A stretch of 64,000 bases of DNA from Escherichia phage KIT06: the sequence record OQ349392.1. One strand, written 5' to 3'. The notes under the pieces are model-generated. The model did no database searches. It was given only the letters and a program-made list of their open reading frames with translations, and was not told the DNA's origin. Positions 20,901 through 31,168 of this stretch are shown piece by piece (positions within the stretch are counted from its first letter, which is position 1; each line of letters opens with the position of its first letter). The translations under genes and the position numbers were made by a program.

Positions 20901-21812
20901 ACGTAAACGTGCTTTATTATCCCCGTCAAACAATCTCCACAATTTCTCATTATCATCAAACATCAAGAAACCGTCAATCGTTGTACGGCCTTCAATGGAA
21001 TGAGTTCCAACTTCTTGTATTGAAGTCGTTTCATCGTATGTAGTAACAATTGTATGATAAAGCGGATTTAGTTTATCTAAATCGACGAAATTAATAATAT
21101 CGCCATGATTAGCAAATCTTGGAAGTTTAACATTAATTGGTGCAGCAGAAGTAAATCTACGCACGATAAAATCGTTGGATTGCGCTTGATAAGTATTCGC
21201 TGGTGTTACAACTATAGCTTCTCTACTATAATCAGCAACATACATTTGCCACAGACGATTACTAAAAATTAAAACTAACTGTGATTTTGGATGAGTCATT
21301 AGTACTGAACGTACTTGTTCGCCTCTGAAGTTTACAATACTTTGCACTGGAGCTACAATTAAAACTTGGTTAACTCCAGGTTTTCCTCCAATATCTTGGA
21401 GAACGATAGTGTCACCGTCAATTGGGGAAGATGGTAAAGTAAATGTAATATCATTACCAGCTGCAGTGTTAACCGAAATAGCTTCACCGGATTTTAATTG
21501 ATATGAACCAGATGAAACTGTGATCCAGTTAGCATCAGTACGCAATGCTCTCCAGCGTCCACTATTAAAAGTTCCTGCCGGTTTTGGAATATCATTTATA
21601 GCAGCCCAAAAGCGGTTATCATAAATGATTACAAAATCTTTTAAATATCCACGAGTTGGATCATATTGTTGAACTGTGTTTTCTTGAATTAGGTAATCAA
21701 CGTTAACACCGTCAGTTCCTACGGCACGATCAGCTAAAGCTACGTTGATTATTTTATCGCCACCTGCGTCCAGACCATCTTCTGCTCTGAACTTTCTTTT
21801 AATCTCGGCCAT
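17943..21812 (-). CDS. 34: Long tail fibre proximal subunit gp34 (1289 aa)
   Basis: 1289 aa, same length as T4 gp34; internal roughly 36-40 aa repeats. Confidence 0.9.
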   Translation of the reverse strand: MAEIKRKFRAEDGLDAGGDKIINVALADRAVGTDGVNVDYLIQENTVQQYDPTRGYLKDFVIIYDNRFWAAINDIPKPAGTFNSGRWRALRTDANWITVSSGSYQLKSGEAISVNTAAGNDITFTLPSSPIDGDTIVLQDIGGKPGVNQVLIVAPVQSIVNFRGEQVRSVLMTHPKSQLVLIFSNRLWQMYVADYSREAIVVTPANTYQAQSNDFIVRRFTSAAPINVKLPRFANHGDIINFVDLDKLNPLYHTIVTTYDETTSIQEVGTHSIEGRTTIDGFLMFDDNEKLWRLFDGDNKARLRIITTNSNIRPNEEVMVFGANNGTAQTIELQLPTNISVGDTVKISMNYMRKGQTVKIKAAGEDKIASSVQLLQFPKRSEYPPETKWVTVQELVFNGETNYVPVLELAYIEDSDGKYWVVQQNVPTVERVDSLNDSTRARLGVIALATQAQANVDLENSPQKELAITPETLANRTATETRRGIARIATTAQVNQNTTFSFADDIIITPKKLNERTATETRRGVAEIATQQETNAGTDDTTIITPKKLQARQGSESLSGIVTFVSTAGATPASSRELNGTNVYNKNTNNLVVSPKALDQYKATPTQQGAVILAVESEVIAGQSQQGWANAVVTPETLHKKTSTDGRIGLIEIATQSEVNTGTDYTRAVTPKTLNDRIATESLSGIAEIATQVEFDAGVDDTRISTPLKIKTRFNSTDRTSVVALSGLVESGTLWDHYTLNILEANETQRGTLRVATQVEAAAGTLDNVLITPKKLLGTKSTESQEGVIKVATQTETVAGTSANTAVSPKNLKWIAQSEPTWAATTAIRGFVKTSSGSITFVGNDTVGSTQSLELYEKNSYAVSPYELNRVLANYLPLKAKAVDSNLLDGLDSSQFIRRDIAQTVNGSLTLTQQTNLSAPLVSSSTATFGGSVSANSTLTISNSGTATRLIFEKGPQTGTNPAQTMTIRVWGNQFGGGSDTTRSTVFEVGDETSHHFYSQRNKDGSIAFIINGTVMPINVNASGLMNVNGTATFGRSVTANGEFISKSSNAFRAISGNYGFFIRNDGANVYFMLTNSGDQTGGFNGLRPLAINNASGQVTIGEGLIVAKGVTINSGGLTVNSRIRSQGIKTSDLYTRAPTSDTVGFWSIDINDSATYNQFPGYFKMVEKTNEVTGLPYLERGEEVKSPGTLTQFGNTLDSLYQDWITYPTTPEARTTRWTRTWQKTKNSWSSFVQVFDGGNPPQPSDIGALPSDNATMGNLTIRDFLRIGNVRIIPDPANKTVKFEWVE
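19400..20460 (-). repeat. Degenerate intragenic tandem repeats (about 110 bp units) within gene 34
   Basis: Recurring TTTTAGGAGTGATGAT and CCTCTGCGAGTTTCAGTAGCAGT blocks; repeated I-T-P-K-K-L...A-T-Q motifs in the protein. Confidence 0.6.
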
Positions 21813-21845
21813 TCTCCCGGGCTCCTATTGTGTTTTCAATAATAA

Positions 21846-21853
21846 GTATTTAT
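21846..21853 (-). promoter_or_regulatory. Late promoter TATAAATA for gene 34
   Basis: Plus-strand TATTTATA about 34 nt upstream of the gene 34 ATG (minus strand). Confidence 0.6.
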
Positions 21854-21856
21854 ACT

Positions 21857-21886
21857 TGTTTACTTTAAGATTCGGATGGTATATAA
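21857..21886 (+). promoter_or_regulatory. Early promoter for rnh (GTTTAC-N18-TATAAT)
   Basis: GTTTAC 21857-21862, TATAAT 21881-21886. Confidence 0.65.
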
Positions 21887-21916
21887 TAGAAATCTCACTA
21901 ATTGAACGAGGTTCAT

Positions 21917-22834
21917 ATGGATTTAGAAATGATGCTAGATGAAGATTACAAAGAAGGAATCTGCTTAATTGACTTTAGTCAAATTGCGCTTTCAACTGCT
22001 CTAGTAAACTTCCCAGATAAAGAAAAAATTAATTTATCAATGGTTCGTCATTTGATATTGAACTCAATTAAGTTTAATGTCAAAAAAGCAAAAACTCTTG
22101 GATATACTAAAATTGTATTGTGTATAGATAACGCGAAATCTGGATACTGGCGTCGTGATTTCGCTTATTACTATAAGAAAAACCGTGGAAAAGCACGAGA
22201 AGAATCTACTTGGGACTGGGAAGGTTATTTTGAATCCAGCCATAAAGTTATAGATGAATTGAAAGCTTATATGCCATACATTGTTATGGATATTGATAAG
22301 TATGAAGCAGATGACCATATTGCTGTTTTGGTTAAAAAGTTCTCTTTAGAAGGACACAAGATTTTAATCATTTCATCGGATGGTGACTTTACTCAACTTC
22401 ACAAATACCCAAATGTTAAGCAATGGTCACCGATGCACAAGAAATGGGTTAAAATTAAAAGCGGTTCTGCTGAAATTGACTGTATGACTAAAATTCTTAA
22501 GGGCGATAAAAAGGATAACGTTGCTTCAGTTAAAGTACGATCTGACTTTTGGTTTACCAGAGTTGAAGGCGAACGAACTCCTTCAATGAAAACCTCTATT
22601 GTTGAAGCTATTGCTAATGACCGTGAGCAAGCTAAGGTGCTTCTCACCGAATCTGAGTATAATCGATACAAAGAAAATTTAGTTCTAATTGATTTTGATT
22701 ATATTCCTGATAATATTGCTTCAAACATTGTGAATTACTATAATTCATATAAATTACCACCGCGCGGCAAAATTTATTCATATTTTGTAAAAGCGGGTCT
22801 TTCTAAATTAACTAATAGCATTAATGAATTTTGA
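21917..22834 (+). CDS. rnh: RNase H / 5'-3' flap exonuclease (305 aa)
   Basis: Starts MDLEMMLDEDYKEG as T4 RNase H; SD GAGGT 6 nt upstream; track ORF begins 15 nt earlier. Confidence 0.9.
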   Translation: MDLEMMLDEDYKEGICLIDFSQIALSTALVNFPDKEKINLSMVRHLILNSIKFNVKKAKTLGYTKIVLCIDNAKSGYWRRDFAYYYKKNRGKAREESTWDWEGYFESSHKVIDELKAYMPYIVMDIDKYEADDHIAVLVKKFSLEGHKILIISSDGDFTQLHKYPNVKQWSPMHKKWVKIKSGSAEIDCMTKILKGDKKDNVASVKVRSDFWFTRVEGERTPSMKTSIVEAIANDREQAKVLLTESEYNRYKENLVLIDFDYIPDNIASNIVNYYNSYKLPPRGKIYSYFVKAGLSKLTNSINEF

Positions 22835-22842
22835 GGTGAATA

Positions 22843-23112
22843 ATGGCTAAAAAAGAAATGGTTGAATTTGATGAAGCTATCCATGGCGAAGACTTAGCTA
22901 AATTTATCAAAGAAGCATCTGATCATAAACTGAAAATTTCCGGTTATAATGAATTGATTAAAGACATTCGAATTCGTGCCAAAGATGAACTTGGCGTTGA
23001 TGGCAAGATGTTTAATCGTCTATTAGCTTTGTATCATAAAGATAACCGTGATGTGTTTGAAGCTGAAACTGAAGAGGTAGTTGAACTTTATGACACAGTT
23101 TTCTCTAAATGA
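22843..23112 (+). CDS. dsbA: Double-stranded DNA binding protein DsbA (89 aa)
   Basis: 89 aa, length and position between rnh and gene 33. Confidence 0.75.
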   Translation: MAKKEMVEFDEAIHGEDLAKFIKEASDHKLKISGYNELIKDIRIRAKDELGVDGKMFNRLLALYHKDNRDVFEAETEEVVELYDTVFSK

Positions 23113-23428
23113 TATTCGTCCGGTCGATGAGACCGGTCTTTCAGAAAAAGAACTTTCAATTAAGAAAGAAAAGGATGAAATTGCAAAGCTTCTTGACCGT
23201 CAAGAAAATGGATTTATTATTGAAAAAATGGTAGAAGAGTTTGGAATGAGTTATCTTGAAGCTACAACAGCATTCTTAGAAGAAAATTCTATTCCTGAAA
23301 CTCAATTTGCTAAATTTATTCCTTCGGGTATAATTGAAAAAATTCAGTCAGAAGCTATTGACGAAAATCTTTTACGTCCTTCTGTTGTTCGTTGTGAAAA
23401 AACTAATACATTAGATTTTCTACTATGA
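23090..23428 (+). CDS. 33: Late-transcription co-activator gp33 (112 aa)
   Basis: ATG at 23090 gives 112 aa (T4 gp33 length); track ORF uses upstream TTG. Confidence 0.8.
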   Translation: MTQFSLNDIRPVDETGLSEKELSIKKEKDEIAKLLDRQENGFIIEKMVEEFGMSYLEATTAFLEENSIPETQFAKFIPSGIIEKIQSEAIDENLLRPSVVRCEKTNTLDFLL

Positions 23429-24078
23429 TTAAACTCCGCATGCCTGCTGGTGGTGAAAGATACATTGATGGTAAATCAGTTTATAAATTATACTTAATGA
23501 TAAAACAACATATGAATGGAAAGTATGATGTAATTAAGTATAATTGGTGCATGCGGGTGTCTGATGCCGCTTATCAAAAGCGAAGGGATAAGTATTTTTT
23601 CCAGAAGTTATCAGAAAAATATAAATTAAAGGAACTTGCTTTAATCTTTATAAGCAATCTTGTTGCTAACCAAGATGCTTGGATTGGTGACATCTCTGAC
23701 GCTGATGCACTTGTGTTTTATCGTGAATATATCGGACGCTTAAAGCAAATTAAATTTAAGTTTGAAGAAGATATTCGCAACATTTATTATTTTAGTAAAA
23801 AAGTTGAAGTTTCTGCTTTTAAAGAAATCTTTGAGTATAATCCAAAAGTTCAATCAAGTTATATTTTTAAACTACTTCAATCGAATATAATTTCGTTTGA
23901 GACGTTTATCTTGCTTGATTCGTTTTTAAATATAATTGATAAACATGATGAACAGACTGATAATTTAGTCTGGAATAATTATTCTATAAAGTTAAAGGCT
24001 TATAGAAAAATTTTAAATATTGACTCACAGAAAGCTAAAAGTGTTTTTATTGAAACTGTGAAATCTTGTAAGTACTAA
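23425..24078 (+). CDS. 59: Helicase loader gp59 (217 aa)
   Basis: 217 aa; ATGA overlap with gene 33; precedes gene 32. Confidence 0.85.
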   Translation: MIKLRMPAGGERYIDGKSVYKLYLMIKQHMNGKYDVIKYNWCMRVSDAAYQKRRDKYFFQKLSEKYKLKELALIFISNLVANQDAWIGDISDADALVFYREYIGRLKQIKFKFEEDIRNIYYFSKKVEVSAFKEIFEYNPKVQSSYIFKLLQSNIISFETFILLDSFLNIIDKHDEQTDNLVWNNYSIKLKAYRKILNIDSQKAKSVFIETVKSCKY

Positions 24079-24079
24079 T

Positions 24080-24103
24080 TGCTTATTATAAATAGATTAT
24101 AAT
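24080..24103 (+). promoter_or_regulatory. Promoter region upstream of gene 32 with MotA-box-like TGCTT, a TATAAATA octamer and TATAAT
   Basis: TGCTTA 24080-24085, TATAAATA 24087-24094, TATAAT 24098-24103. Confidence 0.5.
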
Positions 24104-24177
24104 TATCTCACTGACCAGCTATGAGGTCATACATCGTCATAGCACCAACTGTTAATTAAATTAAAAAGGAAATAAAA

Positions 24178-25086
24178 ATGTTTAAACGTAAATCTACTGC
24201 TGAACTCGCTGCGCAAATGGCTAAACTGGCTGGAAATAAAGGTGGTTTTTCTTCTGAAGATAAAGGCGAGTGGAAACTGAAACTCGATAATGCGGGTAAC
24301 GGCCAAGCAGTAATTCGTTTTCTTCCGTCTAAAAATGATGAACAAGCACCATTCGCCATTCTTGTAAATCACGGTTTCAAGAAAAATGGTAAATGGTATA
24401 TTGAAAACTGTTCATCTACCCACGGTGATTACGATTCTTGTCCAGTATGTCAGTACATCAGTAAAAATGATTTGTATAACACTGACAATAAAGAGTACGG
24501 TCTTGTTAAACGTAAAACTTCTTACTGGGCTAACATTCTTGTAGTAAAAGACCCAGCTGCTCCAGAAAATGAAGGTAAAGTATTTAAATACCGCTTCGGT
24601 AAGAAAATCTGGGATAAAATCAATGCAATGATTGCAGTTGATGTTGAAATGGGTGAAACTCCGGTTGATGTAACTTGTCCGTGGGAAGGTGCTAACTTTG
24701 TACTGAAAGTTAAACAAGTTTCTGGTTTTAGTAACTACGACGAATCTAAATTCCTGAATCAATCTGCGATTCCAAACATTGATGATGAATCTTTCCAGAA
24801 AGAACTGTTTGAACAGATGGTTGACCTTTCTGAAATGACTTCTAAAGATAAATTCAAATCGTTTGAAGAACTGAGCACTAAGTTCAGTCAAGTTATGGGA
24901 ACTGCTGCTATGGGTGGTGCCGCAGCAACTGCTGCTAAGAAAGCTGATAAAGTTGCTGATGATTTGGATGCATTCAATGTTGATGACTTCAAAACAAAAA
25001 CTGAAGATGATTTTATGAGCTCAAGCTCTGGCAGTTCATCTAGTGCTGATGACACGGACCTGGATGACCTTTTGAATGACCTTTAA
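24178..25086 (+). CDS. 32: Single-stranded DNA binding protein gp32 (302 aa)
   Basis: Recognised sequence incl. acidic Ser/Asp-rich C-terminus; SD AAGGAAA upstream. Confidence 0.95.
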   Translation: MFKRKSTAELAAQMAKLAGNKGGFSSEDKGEWKLKLDNAGNGQAVIRFLPSKNDEQAPFAILVNHGFKKNGKWYIENCSSTHGDYDSCPVCQYISKNDLYNTDNKEYGLVKRKTSYWANILVVKDPAAPENEGKVFKYRFGKKIWDKINAMIAVDVEMGETPVDVTCPWEGANFVLKVKQVSGFSNYDESKFLNQSAIPNIDDESFQKELFEQMVDLSEMTSKDKFKSFEELSTKFSQVMGTAAMGGAAATAAKKADKVADDLDAFNVDDFKTKTEDDFMSSSSGSSSSADDTDLDDLLNDL

Positions 25087-25108
25087 TAGATTATATTACT
25101 AATTAATT

Positions 25109-25133
25109 GGGGACCCTAGAGGTCCCCTTTTTT
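25109..25133 (+). terminator. Rho-independent terminator after gene 32
   Basis: GGGGACC-CTAGA-GGTCCCC hairpin plus TTTTTT. Confidence 0.7.
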
Positions 25134-25158
25134 ATTTCAAAAATTTTTTCACAAAACG

Positions 25159-25197
25159 GTTTACAACCAAAGCATACTGTGGTACTATACAACTATC
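25159..25197 (+). promoter_or_regulatory. T4-type early promoter (GTTTAC-N18-TACTAT), near-identical copy of the motA promoter cassette
   Basis: GTTTAC 25159-25164, TACTAT 25183-25188; 70 bp identical to 7836-7905 except 1 nt. Confidence 0.65.
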
Positions 25198-25210
25198 GGC
25201 AATACTGCTG

Positions 25211-25462
25211 ATGATGATTAAAGAGGAAAATAACATGGCTAAAATTGATATTGATGTTGTTGATTTTGAATATATTGAAGAAATTATTCGTAATCGTTAT
25301 CCTGAACTCCGTATTACAAGCGCACTAAATGACCCCAATTGCAATGTTTCAGTTGTTATTGAAGGTCCTTTAAATCGTCTTAAACAATTTATGGTTAATG
25401 AATATTGTGACGGTATGGATGCTGAAGATGTAGAATTTTACACAGGATTTATTGAGCAGTAA
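25211..25462 (+). CDS. Hypothetical protein (83 aa), frd-region small ORF
   Basis: ORF with SD upstream. Confidence 0.5.
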   Translation: MMIKEENNMAKIDIDVVDFEYIEEIIRNRYPELRITSALNDPNCNVSVVIEGPLNRLKQFMVNEYCDGMDAEDVEFYTGFIEQ

Positions 25463-25506
25463 TTATTAAGGGGCTATCAAGCCCCTATTAAAATGAGGAA
25501 AACGCA

Positions 25507-25887
25507 ATGTATACTGGTAGAAAATATGAACTTGTTCCAAGACTTATTGATACATTTATTAATTATAGTCCACGTTCTAATTCATCAATAGTTAAAGCTA
25601 TTCGAGATAATGGCGGATGGTTTGAAGTTAAAGAAGTTTCCTTCGCTAATGGATATAAAGCAGTAAAACACATTGAATGCGCAAATGGAAAGCATTTTTA
25701 CCTTAAAGATAGACTTTTAGAAATTTGTGAAGACGAATTTCATTGTTTTCGCGAGTATAAAGAATCGATTTCTGAAGAAGATGAAGTCAAAGACAAGGTT
25801 TCTGGCGTAACAAAAATTCACTGCATTGTAGACGAAAACAATGTAGATGAAATCATTGAACTTTTGCGAAAAACTTTCAAAAAGTAG
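25507..25887 (+). CDS. Hypothetical protein (126 aa)
   Basis: ORF with SD GAGGAAAA upstream. Confidence 0.5.
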   Translation: MYTGRKYELVPRLIDTFINYSPRSNSSIVKAIRDNGGWFEVKEVSFANGYKAVKHIECANGKHFYLKDRLLEICEDEFHCFREYKESISEEDEVKDKVSGVTKIHCIVDENNVDEIIELLRKTFKK

Positions 25888-25916
25888 TTTACAGAAGGGT
25901 AGTAGTGTGATACTAT
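25887..25916 (+). promoter_or_regulatory. Early promoter with internal inverted repeat (GTTTAC-N18-TACTAT)
   Basis: GTTTAC 25887-25892, TACTAT 25911-25916, GGGTAGTAGT/ACTATTACCC inverted repeat. Confidence 0.55.
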
Positions 25917-25941
25917 TACCCTATCAACTAAGGAGAATAAA

Positions 25942-26184
25942 ATGAGATTACAACGCCAGAGCATCAAAGATTCAGAAGTTAAAGGTAAATGGTATTTTAA
26001 TATCATCGGTAAAGATTCTGAACTTGTTGAAAAAGCTGAACATCTTTTGCGTGATATGGGATGGGAAGATGAATGTGATGGATGCCCTCTTTATGAGGAT
26101 GGAGAAAGCGCAGGATTTTGGATTTACCATTCTGACGTTGAACAGTTTAAAGCTGATTGGAAAATTGTGAAAAAGTCTGTTTAA
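25942..26184 (+). CDS. Hypothetical protein (80 aa)
   Basis: ORF with SD AAGGAGAA upstream. Confidence 0.5.
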   Translation: MRLQRQSIKDSEVKGKWYFNIIGKDSELVEKAEHLLRDMGWEDECDGCPLYEDGESAGFWIYHSDVEQFKADWKIVKKSV

Positions 26185-26194
26185 GGAAAATAAT

Positions 26195-27021
<827 letters not shown>

Positions 27022-27029
27022 AATAACGC

Positions 27030-27389
27030 GTGGCGGAAAATATGAACTTTAATTATTATCCTATTCTATTAGAAAAAGACGCAAAACAACCAAAATGGCA
27101 GGGTCCTCAGTTTATTAAAGGCGTCTATCAATTAGTAGTTCCTAAAGACAAGGTTTATAGCAGTTGTTTCACTGAATCCGCTTGCAGTATTTTCGGTAAT
27201 AGTTCTCCGTATTGGAATTTTGATATAAAGCTTGACAGAAATATCGATATTTGGTTGAAAGCTATGGATATCGGCAATATCACGTTTGATGAGAATAACT
27301 ATCATATTATTGGTCGCTTTTCCAAACGTGGTAAAGAATTATATTTTACGCCTGAAATTGAAAGAAAATTTGATGCTAAACCGTATTGA
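27030..27389 (+). CDS. Hypothetical protein (119 aa) inserted between frd and td
   Basis: ORF with own start 9 nt after frd stop; no recognisable motif. Confidence 0.5.
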   Translation: MAENMNFNYYPILLEKDAKQPKWQGPQFIKGVYQLVVPKDKVYSSCFTESACSIFGNSSPYWNFDIKLDRNIDIWLKAMDIGNITFDENNYHIIGRFSKRGKELYFTPEIERKFDAKPY

Positions 27390-27434
27390 TTATTTAGCTT
27401 CATAAAATGTATTATAATTTATATAAGGTACTAA

Positions 27435-28295
27435 ATGAAACAATACCAAGATTTAATTAAAGACATTTTTGAAAATGGCTATGAAACCGATGACCGAACG
27501 GGCACAGGAACAATTGCTTTGTTCGGTACTAAATTACGCTGGGATTTAACTAAAGGTTTTCCTGCAGTAACAACTAAGAAGCTCGCTTGGAAAGCTTGCA
27601 TTGCTGAGCTCCTTTGGTTTTTATCAGGAAGCACAAATGTCAATGATTTACGATTAATTCAGCATGATTCGTTAATTCAAGGCAAAACAGTCTGGGATGA
27701 AAATTACGAAAATCAAGCAAAAGATTTAGGATATCATAGTGGTGAACTTGGTCCAATTTATGGAAAACAATGGCGTGATTTTGGCGGTGTAGACCAAATT
27801 GTAGAAGTTATTGATCGTATTAAAAAACTGCCAAATGATAGACGTCAAATTGTTTCTGCATGGAATCCAGCTGAACTTAAATATATGGCATTACCGCCTT
27901 GTCATATGTTCTATCAGTTTAATGTGCGTAATGGCTATTTGGATTTGCAGTGGTATCAACGTTCTGTAGATGTTTTTCTTGGTCTTCCATTTAATATTGC
28001 ATCATATGCTGCGTTAGTTCATATTGTAGCTAAGATGTGTAATCTTATTCCAGGAGATTTGATATTTTCTGGCGGTAATACTCATATCTATATGAATCAC
28101 GTAGAACAATGTAAAGAAATTTTGCGTCGTGAACCTAAAGAGCTTTGTGAACTGGTAATAGGCGGATTACCTTATAAATTTCGTTATCTTTCTACTAAAG
28201 AACAATTGGAATACATTCTTAAACTCAGGCCTAAAGATTTCGTTCTCAAAGATTATCAGTCCCACGGTGTCTTGAAAGGAAAAATGGCGGTATAA
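27435..28295 (+). CDS. td: Thymidylate synthase, uninterrupted (286 aa)
   Basis: Continuous 286 aa ORF with ThyA motifs (catalytic PPCH); no intron. Confidence 0.95.
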   Translation: MKQYQDLIKDIFENGYETDDRTGTGTIALFGTKLRWDLTKGFPAVTTKKLAWKACIAELLWFLSGSTNVNDLRLIQHDSLIQGKTVWDENYENQAKDLGYHSGELGPIYGKQWRDFGGVDQIVEVIDRIKKLPNDRRQIVSAWNPAELKYMALPPCHMFYQFNVRNGYLDLQWYQRSVDVFLGLPFNIASYAALVHIVAKMCNLIPGDLIFSGGNTHIYMNHVEQCKEILRREPKELCELVIGGLPYKFRYLSTKEQLEYILKLRPKDFVLKDYQSHGVLKGKMAV

Positions 28296-28318
28296 TTTTA
28301 ATTTAATTGCGAGGATAT

Positions 28319-28582
28319 ATGATTTTACGATTTAAGGATACTTCTGGTGTCGTTCTTTTTACACTTCCTAATCCAAGCGAGTTAGAAGTTCCAGGACCAG
28401 AACAGCCTATTATCATTTATGGCAAAAAATATTATACTCATAAAATGACTCGTGAGTATTTTGATAATAAAATTTCCACAGTTAAAACTTCTTCTGATTG
28501 TTATTATGATATTACTGTTTTAACGGAAAAACAATATGACGAACTATTACCGCGCGGGCCGTCTATGTCGGGTAGTGAATAA
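28319..28582 (+). CDS. Hypothetical protein (87 aa)
   Basis: ATG at 28319 with SD GAGGA; track ORF uses upstream TTG at 28307. Confidence 0.5.
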   Translation: MILRFKDTSGVVLFTLPNPSELEVPGPEQPIIIYGKKYYTHKMTREYFDNKISTVKTSSDCYYDITVLTEKQYDELLPRGPSMSGSE

Positions 28583-28862
28583 ATATAAATCCGACTTTGA
28601 TGTTAATATTCACCGTGGTACATTTTGGGGAAATTACGTCGGTAAAGATGCTGGCAGCCGGGAGGCTGCCATTGAATTATTCAAAAAAGATTTTATACGT
28701 CGAATTAAATCCGGAGAAATAACTAAAGCACATTTAGAGCCTTTACGTGGAATGAGGCTAGGATGCACATGTAAACCAAAGCCGTGTCATGGTGATATAA
28801 TAGCTCATATAGTTAACCGATTGTTTAAAGACGATTTTCAAGTTGAGGACTTATGCAATTAA
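28536..28862 (+). CDS. Hypothetical Cys/His-containing protein (108 aa)
   Basis: ORF overlapping the upstream ORF; C-T-C-K-P-K-P-C-H motif. Confidence 0.5.
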   Translation: MTNYYRAGRLCRVVNKYKSDFDVNIHRGTFWGNYVGKDAGSREAAIELFKKDFIRRIKSGEITKAHLEPLRGMRLGCTCKPKPCHGDIIAHIVNRLFKDDFQVEDLCN

Positions 28863-31117
28863 TTAATGTTATCAAAAGTAGTGGTGTTTCTCAGAGCTTT
28901 GATCCGCAAAAAATTATTAAAGTTTTATCTTGGGCAGCTGAAGGAACATCTGTAGATCCTTATGAATTATATGAAAATATTAAATCATATCTCCGTGATG
29001 GAATGACAACTGATGACATTCAGACTATTGTCATTAAGGCTGCTGCGAATTCTATTTCAGTTGAAGAGCCTGATTATCAATACGTAGCTGCGCGCTGTTT
29101 AATGTTCGCTCTTCGTAAGCATGTTTACGGGCAATATGAACCACGTTCATTTATTGACCATATTTCTTACTGTGTAAATGAAGGTAAATATGACCCTGAA
29201 TTGTTGTCAAAATATTCTGCAGAAGAAATTACATTTTTAGAATCAAAAATTAAGCACGAGCGGGATATGGAATTTACTTATTCCGGGGCGATGCAATTAA
29301 AAGAAAAATATCTAGTTAAAGATAAAACCACTGGTCAAATTTATGAAACTCCACAGTTTGCATTTATGACTATTGGAATGGCATTACATCAAGATGAACC
29401 TGTTGATAGATTAAAACACGTTATTCGTTTTTATGAAGCAGTATCTACTCGACAGATTTCACTGCCAACTCCTATTATGGCTGGTTGTCGTACTCCAACT
29501 CGGCAGTTTAGTTCATGTGTTGTTATTGAGGCAGGTGATTCGCTGAAGTCTATTAACAAAGCTTCTGCTTCAATTGTTGAATATATCTCCAAACGCGCTG
29601 GAATTGGTATTAACGTTGGTATGATTCGTGCCGAAGGTTCTAAGATTGGCACAGGTGAAGTACGCCATACTGGCGTTATTCCTTTTTGGAAACATTTTCA
29701 GACTGCTGTTAAATCATGTTCACAGGGTGGAATTCGTGGCGGCGCTGCTACTGCTTATTATCCTATTTGGCATTTGGAAGTTGAAAATCTTCTCGTTTTG
29801 AAAAATAACAAAGGCGTAGAAGAAAACCGTATTCGTCATATGGATTATGGCGTCCAGCTGAATGATTTGATGATGGAACGTTTTGGAAAGAACGACTACA
29901 TTACTTTGTTCAGTCCACATGAAATGGGTGGTGAGCTTTATTATTCTTATTTTAAAGACCAAGACCGTTTCCGTGAATTATACGAAGCCGCAGAAAAAGA
30001 CCCTAATATTCGTAAAAAGCGCATTAAAGCCCGTGAACTGTTTGAATTGCTCATGACTGAACGCTCAGGAACAGCAAGGATTTATGTACAGTTCATTGAT
30101 AATACGAATAACTATACTCCATTTATTCGTGAAAAGGCACCTATTCGTCAGAGTAACTTGTGTTGTGAAATTGCTATTCCAACAAATGATGTGAATAGTC
30201 CTGATGCTGAAATTGGATTGTGCACGTTATCTGCATTTGTGTTGGATAACTTCGATTGGCAAGACCAAGATAAAATTAATGAATTAGCAGAAGTTCAAGT
30301 TCGCGCTCTTGATAATCTTTTGGATTACCAAGGATATCCAGTTCCTGAAGCAGAAAAAGCTAAAAAGCGTCGAAATCTTGGTGTAGGTGTTACCAACTAT
30401 GCAGCTTGGCTGGCAAGTAACTTTGCTTCTTATGAAGATGCTAACGATTTAACACATGAACTATTTGAGAGATTACAGTATGGACTCATTAAAGCATCCA
30501 TTAAGCTCGCCAAAGAAAAAGGACCTTGCGAATATTATTCAGACACTCGTTGGTCTCGAGGCGAATTACCTATCGACTGGTACAATAAAAAGATTGACCA
30601 AATCGCAGCTCCAAAATACGTTTGTGACTGGTCGTCGCTGCGGGAAGACCTTAAGCTCTTTGGCATCCGTAATAGCACATTATCAGCACTTATGCCATGT
30701 GAGTCATCTTCCCAAGTTTCTAACAGTACAAACGGTATCGAGCCTCCACGTGGACCAGTCTCTGTTAAAGAATCAAAAGAGGGTTCCTTTAATCAAGTCG
30801 TGCCCAATATTGAGCATAACATAGACCTATATGATTATACGTGGAAATTAGCTAAGAAAGGTAATAAACCTTATCTTACACAGGTAGCTATTATGCTTAA
30901 ATGGGTGTGTCAATCAGCTTCAGCGAATACATATTATGACCCGCAGATTTTTCCAAAAGGAAAGGTTCCAATGTCTGTAATGATTGATGACCTTTTGTAC
31001 TTTTGGTATTTTGGCGGAAAAAATTTCTATTATCATAATACCCGTGACGGTTCTGGTACTGATGATTATGAAATAGAAACTCCAAAAGCTGAAGATTGTT
31101 CATCCTGTAAATTATGA
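28853..31117 (+). CDS. nrdA: Aerobic ribonucleotide reductase large subunit (754 aa)
   Basis: 754 aa; ATP-cone N-terminus, class I RNR motifs; same length as T4 NrdA. Confidence 0.95.
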   Translation: MQLINVIKSSGVSQSFDPQKIIKVLSWAAEGTSVDPYELYENIKSYLRDGMTTDDIQTIVIKAAANSISVEEPDYQYVAARCLMFALRKHVYGQYEPRSFIDHISYCVNEGKYDPELLSKYSAEEITFLESKIKHERDMEFTYSGAMQLKEKYLVKDKTTGQIYETPQFAFMTIGMALHQDEPVDRLKHVIRFYEAVSTRQISLPTPIMAGCRTPTRQFSSCVVIEAGDSLKSINKASASIVEYISKRAGIGINVGMIRAEGSKIGTGEVRHTGVIPFWKHFQTAVKSCSQGGIRGGAATAYYPIWHLEVENLLVLKNNKGVEENRIRHMDYGVQLNDLMMERFGKNDYITLFSPHEMGGELYYSYFKDQDRFRELYEAAEKDPNIRKKRIKARELFELLMTERSGTARIYVQFIDNTNNYTPFIREKAPIRQSNLCCEIAIPTNDVNSPDAEIGLCTLSAFVLDNFDWQDQDKINELAEVQVRALDNLLDYQGYPVPEAEKAKKRRNLGVGVTNYAAWLASNFASYEDANDLTHELFERLQYGLIKASIKLAKEKGPCEYYSDTRWSRGELPIDWYNKKIDQIAAPKYVCDWSSLREDLKLFGIRNSTLSALMPCESSSQVSNSTNGIEPPRGPVSVKESKEGSFNQVVPNIEHNIDLYDYTWKLAKKGNKPYLTQVAIMLKWVCQSASANTYYDPQIFPKGKVPMSVMIDDLLYFWYFGGKNFYYHNTRDGSGTDDYEIETPKAEDCSSCKL

Positions 31118-31168
31118 TATAATTTGACTCACGGACGAGTCACTATCTATTAACTAAGCGGAAAATTT

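Noticed and set aside
22064-22671. Minus-strand ORFs (84 and 90 aa) within rnh
   Set aside because: Antisense to the well-supported RNase H gene; no expression signals.
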